Assembly (NCBI GenBank): GCA_045567855.1
Contig: JBJLCC010000011.1
Location: 2,680-66,679 of the forward strand
Direction of reading: 5' to 3'
From: Candidatus Poseidoniales archaeon
Lineage (GTDB): Archaea > Thermoplasmatota > Poseidoniia > MGIII > CG-Epi1
Length of the DNA: 64,000 nt
Part shown: piece after piece, positions 8,288 through 16,013 of the stretch
Numbering within the stretch: position 1 is the stretch's first letter
Layout: every line of letters starts with the position of its first letter
Position numbers and translations under genes: made by a program
Notes under the pieces: model-generated
Database searches by the model: none
Told to the model about the DNA's origin: nothing
What the model saw: only the letters and a program-made list of their open reading frames with translations

Positions 8288-9183
8288 TACTTCTTATCCT
8301 CCAAGCATGCAACTAAAAATTGCATTAAGTCCATCATTTCATAATCGTGATGATGGCCCTCTTCAGGATTCATACGTTCCTCATTAAGCATGCATTGCAT
8401 ATGCATGTAACATTTAGGACATCCTCCGAGCATTATGTCTATACCTGCATCTGTACCTTGGTCAAGCCTTTTTCTTCGCACAGCTTTTGTAGCATCATTA
8501 CAATACATCATTGAAGAAACTCCACAACAAAGGGCTCTTTCTTTGTTATTTTCAAGTTCGACCATTGTAGCTCCATCTACTAATTGTATTAAATCACGAG
8601 GAGCCTCATATTCACCCATCATTCTACCGAGGCGGCAGGGGTCGTGGTAAGATACAGTTACATTTTCAGGTGCCTTAAATTTCAAACCTCTTCCTTGTAA
8701 CGTTTGAGTAATGTGTTCAACTTTAATTCCAAGTTTACCAGGTAAATCATAGTCCACAGCAAAGGTACGATAGCATTCAGCACATGAGCATGTTATAATT
8801 TTTACTCCGGATTCTTTTAGTCTTCTCATATTGTGCTCTTTTAGAGCATCAAAGACTTCTAGATTCCCTTGCCATAATTGGTCATGTCCTGAACATTTAA
8901 AGACGTTCATATCTAAAATTAGCGGATCAATATCGGCATAATTTAGCAATTTGATTGAGGCTGCAGCAATTGAGGCGTGATCTGCATCTCCTTTATTCAA
9001 GTGAGTAAATTTGACCTCTACATCCATAAAATCTACACAGCCTGGGAAGTAACCATATTCATGATATCTTTCAGGTTTCCACTCCTGTTTCTCTTCATTC
9101 ATTGCGTCTTCCACAATCAATCTTTCGAAAAGAGGATGTGGAATAGTTCTAGCGTATGGCTTTTGTCTCGTTTCATCTGTCAT
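8287..9183 (-). CDS. CCG (cysteine-rich) domain protein, HdrB/GlcF/SdhE/LutA-like
   Basis: Two cysteine-rich repeats: FPGC...KCSG...CSCAEC and HDPCRLGR...LCCGVSS...GGCPKC. No signal peptide or TM helix. Confidence 0.75.
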   Translation of the reverse strand: MTDETRQKPYARTIPHPLFERLIVEDAMNEEKQEWKPERYHEYGYFPGCVDFMDVEVKFTHLNKGDADHASIAAASIKLLNYADIDPLILDMNVFKCSGHDQLWQGNLEVFDALKEHNMRRLKESGVKIITCSCAECYRTFAVDYDLPGKLGIKVEHITQTLQGRGLKFKAPENVTVSYHDPCRLGRMMGEYEAPRDLIQLVDGATMVELENNKERALCCGVSSMMYCNDATKAVRRKRLDQGTDAGIDIMLGGCPKCYMHMQCMLNEERMNPEEGHHHDYEMMDLMQFLVACLEDKK

Positions 9184-10309
9184 ATGCTACACCTCCTATT
9201 GGAGAGCTACCACTGCCTGGTAAATCTAGAGTATTTCCCTCTGCAGTTGCTCCAAGTGTAGCTAAAAGTCTTTGTTCTAGTACATAATCAACATATTCAA
9301 TGTTCTGTGGGCAAACTGCAGTACACATACCACAAGAAATGCATGACCAAAGAGCAACTCCATCGTGTTTATTTTGGAAAGTATTAAAAATAATATTTAA
9401 TTCATGTTCTCCTTCCATATCTCTTACGGGACAAATATCATCACAAAGTCCACATTGATAGCACCGGTTTAATTTGAATTCATAAATGCGTTGCATTCGC
9501 CGGTCTTGAATACCATTTGTGTAAAGATCGAACCTTTCTTCATCACTTAGCGGTTTGGCACCTTCAGATCTTCTTCTATCAAGGAATAGATAAGTTATCA
9601 AAGCGCAAGCGATAGGGCCCCACAAAGTAAGCGCATAGAGTAAGTCGGTGGTAACTTCAGGATAGTACAGTGCTATGTTTGCATTAATTGAAAAAACAGA
9701 CAGCATAATTACCATTGCTATACCATAAACGCCGATTGCAGCTCTAACTGGATCTTCTATGGGTCTTCGTTCATGCCCTCTATTGATTACGTCTCCATAT
9801 TGAGGGTCAATAACTGCACCCAATGCTCTGTCGATAAATGGAACTGCAACAACTAGTCCAACAATAAGTCCTTGAACTAAAGTACCCCAAACTTTTGCAC
9901 TCATTAAAAATAGCTCTATATCATCTAAGCCTAAGAAAGGAATCATAGAAAGAGGTAGCCCTATTTTCAAATCAGTAGCAACTTTTAGACATCCAAAAGC
10001 CCACAACAAATACCAATCAGGTAGTGGAGGTGGATAGGCAGTACCAGCAGTAGGATCAGCAGACTCGTGTAATGGAGGTGGAATGAATGCTCCCAAATAA
10101 AACATAATTGAAAGGACATAGAATGTGTAAACAGTATCTCTTGATAATTCGTGAGGATAAAGAGGCTCACCTTTTACGAGGCTCGCTTCTAGAACAGAGT
10201 GTTCTTCACGATTATCTAGTTTTCTTATTGTATCAAGTTCTTGTTGTTCCTGTATAGACTCGCCTATCATTTCTGTAGCATCATCTTCTAGTATATTTTC
10301 TTGGCTCAT
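9173..10309 (-). CDS. cytochrome b C-terminal domain/subunit IV-like membrane protein fused to C-terminal 2x[4Fe-4S] (HdrC-like) domain
   Basis: PEWY-like motif LPDWYLLWAFG follows the first TM helix, with several more TM helices, then DRRRSEG and CYQCGLCDDICPV plus CISCGMCTAVCPQN. TAATG overlap with the cytochrome b gene. Confidence 0.75.
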   Translation of the reverse strand: MSQENILEDDATEMIGESIQEQQELDTIRKLDNREEHSVLEASLVKGEPLYPHELSRDTVYTFYVLSIMFYLGAFIPPPLHESADPTAGTAYPPPLPDWYLLWAFGCLKVATDLKIGLPLSMIPFLGLDDIELFLMSAKVWGTLVQGLIVGLVVAVPFIDRALGAVIDPQYGDVINRGHERRPIEDPVRAAIGVYGIAMVIMLSVFSINANIALYYPEVTTDLLYALTLWGPIACALITYLFLDRRRSEGAKPLSDEERFDLYTNGIQDRRMQRIYEFKLNRCYQCGLCDDICPVRDMEGEHELNIIFNTFQNKHDGVALWSCISCGMCTAVCPQNIEYVDYVLEQRLLATLGATAEGNTLDLPGSGSSPIGGVAYDR

Positions 10310-11286
10310 TAGTGAGGTTCAGCCTCCCCTTGGATCCATACTAATGCCATATGAATTATCATAAGAACTGTACCTACTAAAGGAAGCACAAAAATATGAA
10401 GCCAGTACATTCTTGTTACAGTATCTGCAGTAACTTGCGTTCCTCCAAATACGATTTGAGCCATCAATGGCCCCATTGCAGGTATAGAAGTGGCCATTTC
10501 AAGGCCAATTGCAGCAGCCGCATATCCGAGTGCATCCCATGGCAATAGATATCCAGTGTAACCAAAGAAAATAGTTACAAGTAATAGTATGACTCCTAGG
10601 ATCCAGTTAACTTCTCTTGGATTCCTATAAGCACCTACAAAGTAAACTCTCATCATGTGTAAAAATACTGCTGCAACCATGAAGTGTGCAGCCCAATGAT
10701 GTATAGCTCGCATTATGTATCCAAAAGCTACTTTTGTCATTATGAGTTCCATAGATTGATACGATCCCGATGTGGCATGACCGTCCTCATCAAAAGTTAT
10801 TTCACCATCTGGTACATAGTAGAATCCAAGATAAATTCCGGTTATAACTAAGATAATGTATGCAAAAAATGAAAGTCCTCCTAAGGAATAGAATGGATAC
10901 CAATACCAAACAGATTTCACATTGTATCTTTCAGTATGAGACTGCGGCATTGTCCTCCCACTTGAAGGTAGAAGTGTGAAAACAACTGAATAATATTCTC
11001 GTTTGGCAAGAGAAGTATATCTGTGTAATGCAAATCTTTCATCAAACCAGTTCCACGTTGCCAATAAGACTCGTGGAAGAGTTCCAGAAACGTACAAATA
11101 TCCTACAGTCAATACAGCCATTAACAGTTGAAGGAAAATCAATGGGAAAGTATACTTTCTCATTAGTTCTTCAATTATAGGGGCGTCACCTGCTGCACTT
11201 ACAGGCAGTGCAAAGAAAGTAATACTTCCTAATAGTGAAGCAAAAAGTAGTTTTATTTTCATCCTTGTCCGCAATATTTGAGCCAT
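10309..11286 (-). CDS. cytochrome b (N-terminal, di-haem domain) with extra N-terminal TM helices
   Basis: IHHWAAHFMVAAVFLH (H-x13-H) and HIFVLPLVGTVLMIIH (H-x14-H), plus YRNPREVNWILGV...GYTGYLLPWD. The alternative start at 11262 (MKIK...) forms an ATGA overlap with the Rieske stop and may be the true start. Confidence 0.85.
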   Translation of the reverse strand: MAQILRTRMKIKLLFASLLGSITFFALPVSAAGDAPIIEELMRKYTFPLIFLQLLMAVLTVGYLYVSGTLPRVLLATWNWFDERFALHRYTSLAKREYYSVVFTLLPSSGRTMPQSHTERYNVKSVWYWYPFYSLGGLSFFAYIILVITGIYLGFYYVPDGEITFDEDGHATSGSYQSMELIMTKVAFGYIMRAIHHWAAHFMVAAVFLHMMRVYFVGAYRNPREVNWILGVILLLVTIFFGYTGYLLPWDALGYAAAAIGLEMATSIPAMGPLMAQIVFGGTQVTADTVTRMYWLHIFVLPLVGTVLMIIHMALVWIQGEAEPH

Positions 11287-11945
11287 TCAATTTGAGTCAT
11301 TAGCCCAACTAAACCTCCATCTTTTTCTTCTATAGGTACCACAGGAAGACCATAAGGGGCAGGCCCTTCTAATAATTCTGCAGCCATAACTTCACGGCCT
11401 TGTTCGTCAACATTTTTAATAACAGATAGTGGATCGAACAATGATAAATGGCATGGACATAAGAACATATTTTCATAGTCATTTCCACTGATAGTACTTG
11501 TTCCTTCAGCGCTAAATACAGGTTTACAGCATAAATGAGGACATTTGTATGTATGGTATGCCATGAGATATGCATTACCATCATCTACACTCACTCCCAG
11601 TCCGTTCATTGATGGTTCAGCAGGAACTTTGGCTAAAGCTAATTGTATTTCACATGCTCCTAATTCTTGTTCTAAATCTTTTGGAGCCCAATTGACAATT
11701 GCTACATCCCAAAGATTAAAATCCTCTTTTTTAGCGACACTTCCACCCATGTTTTCATACCATTTCCCGCTTTCAGATTTATAAGTTAAGGTCTCGTGGG
11801 CATCATCATCATTACATCTAGTAACTGGCGGTGGGAGTAATGTTTTAAGTGCAGGAACTGCAAGAGCTGTAGTCATTCCAGCTCCAGCCAATCCTATAGC
11901 GCCTTGTAAGAATCCTCTTCGTGTTATATTCATATCATCTTTCAA
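11259..11945 (-). CDS. Rieske [2Fe-2S] protein with twin-arginine signal
   Basis: Tat motif TRRGFLQGAIGLAGAG and the cluster boxes CPHLCC and CPCHLSLFD. Confidence 0.85.
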   Translation of the reverse strand: MKDDMNITRRGFLQGAIGLAGAGMTTALAVPALKTLLPPPVTRCNDDDAHETLTYKSESGKWYENMGGSVAKKEDFNLWDVAIVNWAPKDLEQELGACEIQLALAKVPAEPSMNGLGVSVDDGNAYLMAYHTYKCPHLCCKPVFSAEGTSTISGNDYENMFLCPCHLSLFDPLSVIKNVDEQGREVMAAELLEGPAPYGLPVVPIEEKDGGLVGLMTQIEWLKYCGQG

Positions 11946-12228
11946 GTTTTGTTATAACCTTACTCCTCCTCTTTTTTAGTTCCAAAACATCAGGCAAAAA
12001 TGATCTTCTGTAGAAATCAATCATTAACCCCATTATCAGAAATGCCATAGCAATTGTAAACGAAAGAAATTGTTGATCCCATCCCTCTAATATTCCATAT
12101 ATGAATAGGGAGTCATACATTATTTCCAATACTAATAAAACAAGGACAATTGCAAAAATTTCACCTTGTTCTTTACCTGGAGTCTCACGTACAACTTTTC
12201 CTAGGTCCTCGTCTTTATAAGTTCCCAA
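11935..12228 (-). CDS. small 2-TM membrane protein (start uncertain; TTG)
   Basis: Two hydrophobic helices. The only canonical start is TTG at 12228, but the frame stays open and protein-like for 30 codons upstream. Confidence 0.5.
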   Translation of the reverse strand: MGTYKDEDLGKVVRETPGKEQGEIFAIVLVLLVLEIMYDSLFIYGILEGWDQQFLSFTIAMAFLIMGLMIDFYRRSFLPDVLELKKRRSKVITKLER

Positions 12229-12286
12229 TAATTTCTGTGCATCTTCAGGAGTTATTTCCCCTTTTGCAATTTTCTCAAGTAATTCG

Positions 12287-12982
12287 TTAACCTCGGTAAT
12301 GGGAACTACCTCCTCTAATTACAACATATGCCAACAATATCATCACAAATACCACAGCTATCGCGAGTAATGCTATCCAGTACTGCATTAAACTTACGCC
12401 CAGTTCATGTATAGATGCTTCCTCTGATTTTACCTGAGGAGTTCCAATAGATACGGCTGTAATATATCCCCATTGATCTCCACCAGTTCCAGCCCCATTA
12501 ACGACATTATAATAAATTGTGAATAAAGAATCACCGCTACCATCGCTCGGAGCAGTCCATTGGAAAGTCCAGTTTCGTTGACCATTACTGTCAGCATTAT
12601 GTGAAATATATTTTCCTTCCCCACCTATCCAATAAAGTGCATCAGTCTGAAAAGCTCCTTCACTTACTTCAGCTAAAAAACCACCATACCGAATGGCTTC
12701 AGGTTCGGAGATTACGCTAGTATCGTTTATTACAAGTGAAATATTGTAGGCAGTATCTGGTTCATATTTAGATGGAATTCCTTCTAGCATGTACATACCT
12801 TGATCAAGTTGTTCGTCCATGTGGCAGGAGCAGCCATTAGCAATGCTATCTTCAGCCCAATCCTCACCGGCCCCTTGCTGAGCACCTCCTGCAGGGTAAC
12901 CATCGACGCTCATACCGACAGATATGACTGTAATCAATAAAATTGCTAATAGTGCGTAGGTTTCTTTTTGATTCGTAGCCAA
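12287..12982 (-). CDS. extracytoplasmic, C-terminally membrane-anchored protein of unknown function (first gene of Rieske/cyt b array)
   Basis: N-terminal signal/anchor, a beta-rich domain with a CSCH motif, and a C-terminal TM helix (WIALLAIAVVFVMILLAYVVI). TTG start preceded by a GGGGAG Shine-Dalgarno-like element. Confidence 0.6.
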   Translation of the reverse strand: MATNQKETYALLAILLITVISVGMSVDGYPAGGAQQGAGEDWAEDSIANGCSCHMDEQLDQGMYMLEGIPSKYEPDTAYNISLVINDTSVISEPEAIRYGGFLAEVSEGAFQTDALYWIGGEGKYISHNADSNGQRNWTFQWTAPSDGSGDSLFTIYYNVVNGAGTGGDQWGYITAVSIGTPQVKSEEASIHELGVSLMQYWIALLAIAVVFVMILLAYVVIRGGSSHYRG

Positions 12983-13021
12983 ATTTAGCTCCCCTTAAGG
13001 TGGGATATTATCGAAGTGAGC

Positions 13022-13033
13022 GCTATATAAAAA
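13022..13033 (-). promoter_or_regulatory. TATA box for the minus-strand Rieske/cyt b array
   Basis: On the minus strand this reads TTTTTATATAGC, about 45 nt upstream of the TTG start at 12982. That leaves room for a short leader carrying the SD. Confidence 0.4.
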
Positions 13034-13090
13034 TATAGTAATATTTTAGGCACTTTTTTACTTGAGTGAACAGCTTTGTTTTAATGAGGC

Positions 13091-13099
13091 TATAATATT
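13091..13099 (+). promoter_or_regulatory. TATA-like box for the 13124 gene (leaderless geometry)
   Basis: tataatatt is centred about 29 nt upstream of the ATG at 13124. Confidence 0.35.
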
Positions 13100-13123
13100 A
13101 TTAAACAACCGTTTTGATAGTCT

Positions 13124-14710
13124 ATGAAAGACGTCAGATTAAGTAAGCTAATGGGCTTAGTTTTGTTAGGTCTTTTAACACTGTTATTTCGCTTTCCAGT
13201 TACAGATTCACCTACCGATTCAGATAATTTTTTTTATGCTACAACTGTAAAATCAGTATTAAGTGATGGTCAAATCTTTTGGGCCGAGCATATTTTTTCA
13301 TTCTATGGTTTGTATCCAGGGACTACTCCATTAGGAGGCACGATATTAGCAACATCAATAGTACAAATAACAGGCATATCTATTCATCATTATCAATTAT
13401 TTCATAGTATCTTCCTATCGTTAATTTCTACTTTTGGTTTTTTTTTATTATCGGGTGAGCTAACTTCAAATTATAAGAGTCGTTGGATTTCATCTTTAGC
13501 ATTTTTAGTTGTGCCTAAGTTTGTATTCCTTAATATTTGGAGATTTTCTTTACGTTTTTTGCTTATTGCATTTCTTACTTTTTTCTTTTGGGCAATTCTC
13601 AGATTTATGAATGAACAATACAATCGCAGTTCTAGAAAAATGTTGTTATTGTTAGTGGTGTTTACAATAACTCTTCCATCATTACATAGAATGGGGTTAT
13701 TATTTCCTGGATTTTTATTATCCTTTCTTTTAGCTTTTTTGTTTTGGAATTGGCAGGAAAAAGCGTTGAATCGAGAGCGCGCAGGAAGGCAAATCTTCTT
13801 TGTATTAACGCTCTTAGCTTCTTACTTTTTTTACCTCAGTTATCTTGATTTTTCACCTTATTCGCCAGATAAAAAATTATTTGCAGTTTACTATTTAAAT
13901 GAGGGTGGTTTTTTTTCGACTATAATTAATTTAGGTTTTTACTATCTAATAAATACAGGCCCTATCATATCATTATCTTTGGTGGGTTTTATATTTTGGA
14001 TTCAAGAGGGCAGAGTCCCCTTTGGCTACATGTTTTTTATGTCCTCAATTTCTCTAGCTACCATATTAATTTTAGATTTGATTTACATTTCTTACTTGGT
14101 TACATTTATGATAATAGTATTTGTAATTCCAGGTATGGATTTTTTCATTGATAATCTCAAAGATTATAGAATACGTTTTCGAGTTTTTTTTGTGTCTATA
14201 CTAATACTTACAGTCTCGTTTTCCAGTATGAATTTATTCTATAGATTAGACGAGAAAGAGAATGAGAATTATAGTTATACCTACAATGTTAGTGAGGCTA
14301 GCATATCTACAGGTTTGTGGTTAGGTGAAAATTTTTATTCTGAAATTATAGAATCGAATGATAGGAATAGGGAGAGACGAGTCGTAGCTTACAGCGATTC
14401 AGTAAGTCAATCAGACTTAACTGAATTATCTTCAGGTAAAATTATTTTATCAGATATGGAGATTTCGCGAATATCAGTTGTCGATTTTTACTGGGAAAGT
14501 GAGGATCATCTCTGGAAATGGAATAATGCAGCAAATCAATCGGCCTTAGAGTCCAATGTATCGATTGTAAATCTTGCAATGTCTAATTTTACCGGCCAGG
14601 CATCTACTAATACTTTAATTGTAAGTAACTATTACAAAAGTATGCCGTATTATAATTTTAATGTGTATCGTAATGAAGAGCTTGCAGTTTATTGGACAAA
14701 TAATTATTGA
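13124..14710 (+). CDS. large polytopic membrane protein, possible GT-C-type glycosyltransferase
   Basis: More than 10 predicted TM helices followed by a soluble domain of about 170 aa that contains sequons. No AglB WWDYG motif was seen, so the function is uncertain. Confidence 0.5.
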   Translation: MKDVRLSKLMGLVLLGLLTLLFRFPVTDSPTDSDNFFYATTVKSVLSDGQIFWAEHIFSFYGLYPGTTPLGGTILATSIVQITGISIHHYQLFHSIFLSLISTFGFFLLSGELTSNYKSRWISSLAFLVVPKFVFLNIWRFSLRFLLIAFLTFFFWAILRFMNEQYNRSSRKMLLLLVVFTITLPSLHRMGLLFPGFLLSFLLAFLFWNWQEKALNRERAGRQIFFVLTLLASYFFYLSYLDFSPYSPDKKLFAVYYLNEGGFFSTIINLGFYYLINTGPIISLSLVGFIFWIQEGRVPFGYMFFMSSISLATILILDLIYISYLVTFMIIVFVIPGMDFFIDNLKDYRIRFRVFFVSILILTVSFSSMNLFYRLDEKENENYSYTYNVSEASISTGLWLGENFYSEIIESNDRNRERRVVAYSDSVSQSDLTELSSGKIILSDMEISRISVVDFYWESEDHLWKWNNAANQSALESNVSIVNLAMSNFTGQASTNTLIVSNYYKSMPYYNFNVYRNEELAVYWTNNY

Positions 14711-14774
14711 AATATGCTAATGTTTTTATACAGGCCCGACTGGCGCAGTGTCCTTATTAGGAGTTAAAAAGAAA

Positions 14775-15227
14775 ATGGCACGAATGCATGCAAGACGTAA
14801 AGGTCGCTCAGGTTCTAGTCCACAGACTAGGAAAGAAAACCCTAAATGGTCACCAAAGGCCAAAGACGTAGAAAAGCTAATCCTTGAATTATATTCAGAA
14901 GGTAAATCGTCATCCGAAATAGGAATCATTTTAAGAGATATGCATGGAGTTCCTAGCGTAAAATTAGCAACAGGTAAATCAATAACTTCAGTCTTGTTAG
15001 ACGGAGGTTCTTCTTCTTCACTTCCAGAAGATTTAACAAATCTTATGAGAAAAGCAGTTCGTTTAGGCGAGCATTTAAAATTAAATAAGAAAGATATTCA
15101 CAATACACGTTCTTTGAGGTTAACAGAAGCTAAAATACTTCGTTTAGTGAAATACTATCGATCGACTAAGGTGTTGTCTGATGACTGGAAATATTCATTG
15201 AATGAAGCTAAGCTTTTAGTAGGATAG
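14775..15227 (+). CDS. rps15: 30S ribosomal protein uS15 (S15P/S13e)
   Basis: MARMHARRKGRSGSSPQTRKENPKWS is the archaeal/eukaryotic S15P/S13e N-terminus. The ATG at 14775 is preferred over the ORF-track start at 14748. Confidence 0.85.
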   Translation: MARMHARRKGRSGSSPQTRKENPKWSPKAKDVEKLILELYSEGKSSSEIGIILRDMHGVPSVKLATGKSITSVLLDGGSSSSLPEDLTNLMRKAVRLGEHLKLNKKDIHNTRSLRLTEAKILRLVKYYRSTKVLSDDWKYSLNEAKLLVG

Positions 15228-15237
15228 TAGCAATTTA

Positions 15238-15981
15238 ATGGCCGATTGGTGCCTATTAGTAATAGATAATGAATCACATTTGGTAAATCTTGATTTAAAA
15301 ATTATTAATATAAAAAATTTTGGCAGTTTCCCTTCAGATTTTCTAAAAAAACAAAAATTAGGCATTGAGTTTGATTTTTTTAATGAAAGAGGGAAATTAA
15401 TTCCATACAATTTATCAGATATTCAAAGCAATTTAGTACGTGGACCTCAAATAATATCGCCCAAAGACATTGCTTGGCTCATTTATAGTTCAGATGTCAA
15501 GTCAAATGATACAATTGTAGAAGCTGGCGGTGGATCAGGGGCACTTACAACTGCCTTAGCTCAAGCTTCTTTTCCAAATGGTAAAGTTATTACTTTTGAA
15601 AAAAATAAGAAGCATTACGAAATAGTAAAAAGAAATCTCATCTTAAGTCCATATTCAAGTCAAGTAGAATTAAGAAACGAAGAGTTAAATGAGAGAAGTA
15701 GCCCCATACCTTGTAATTCGATACTCTTAGATTTACCTGATCCTCAAAAACTAATTAAATGGGCTGAAAAGTCTTTAATCTTGGGGGGCAAACTATTGAG
15801 TTATATTCCAACAGTCAATCAGGTTGAGACGTTATTATCTTCATTAGATGATTGGGGAGAAGTGGAGATTAGTGAGATGATGCATAGAACTTGGCAACCA
15901 AAGTTAGGTGCGATACGACCCAATACAAATATTTTAGGGCACACTGGCTTTATTTTATCAGCTAGATTATTGAATAAGTAG
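15238..15981 (+). CDS. trmI: tRNA (adenine-N1)-methyltransferase (TrmI/Gcd14 family)
   Basis: SAM motif IVEAGGGSGALTTALAQ, LLDLPDP, and a C-terminal HTGFI motif typical of the m1A58 methyltransferase family. Confidence 0.7.
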   Translation: MADWCLLVIDNESHLVNLDLKIINIKNFGSFPSDFLKKQKLGIEFDFFNERGKLIPYNLSDIQSNLVRGPQIISPKDIAWLIYSSDVKSNDTIVEAGGGSGALTTALAQASFPNGKVITFEKNKKHYEIVKRNLILSPYSSQVELRNEELNERSSPIPCNSILLDLPDPQKLIKWAEKSLILGGKLLSYIPTVNQVETLLSSLDDWGEVEISEMMHRTWQPKLGAIRPNTNILGHTGFILSARLLNK

Positions 15982-16013
15982 ATATCTATTTTACTAGTCG
16001 CCTTCATATACTT

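Noticed and set aside
12287-12982. Interpreting GCSCH as a c-type haem attachment site
   Set aside because: The motif is CxCH, not CxxCH, and no cytochrome c maturation genes are seen in the window. It is kept only as a possible ligand motif.
14748-14774. N-terminal extensions suggested by the ORF track for uS15 (14748), ABCE1 (34559), TFB (57334), the FAD oxidoreductase (37175), the TadA-like ATPase (43236) and two pilin-like genes (17942, 23348)
   Set aside because: The family-typical N-termini begin at internal Met codons. These codons abut or neatly overlap the upstream stops, or sit at the right distance from TATA-like boxes. The extensions are non-conserved-looking and overlap neighbouring genes.
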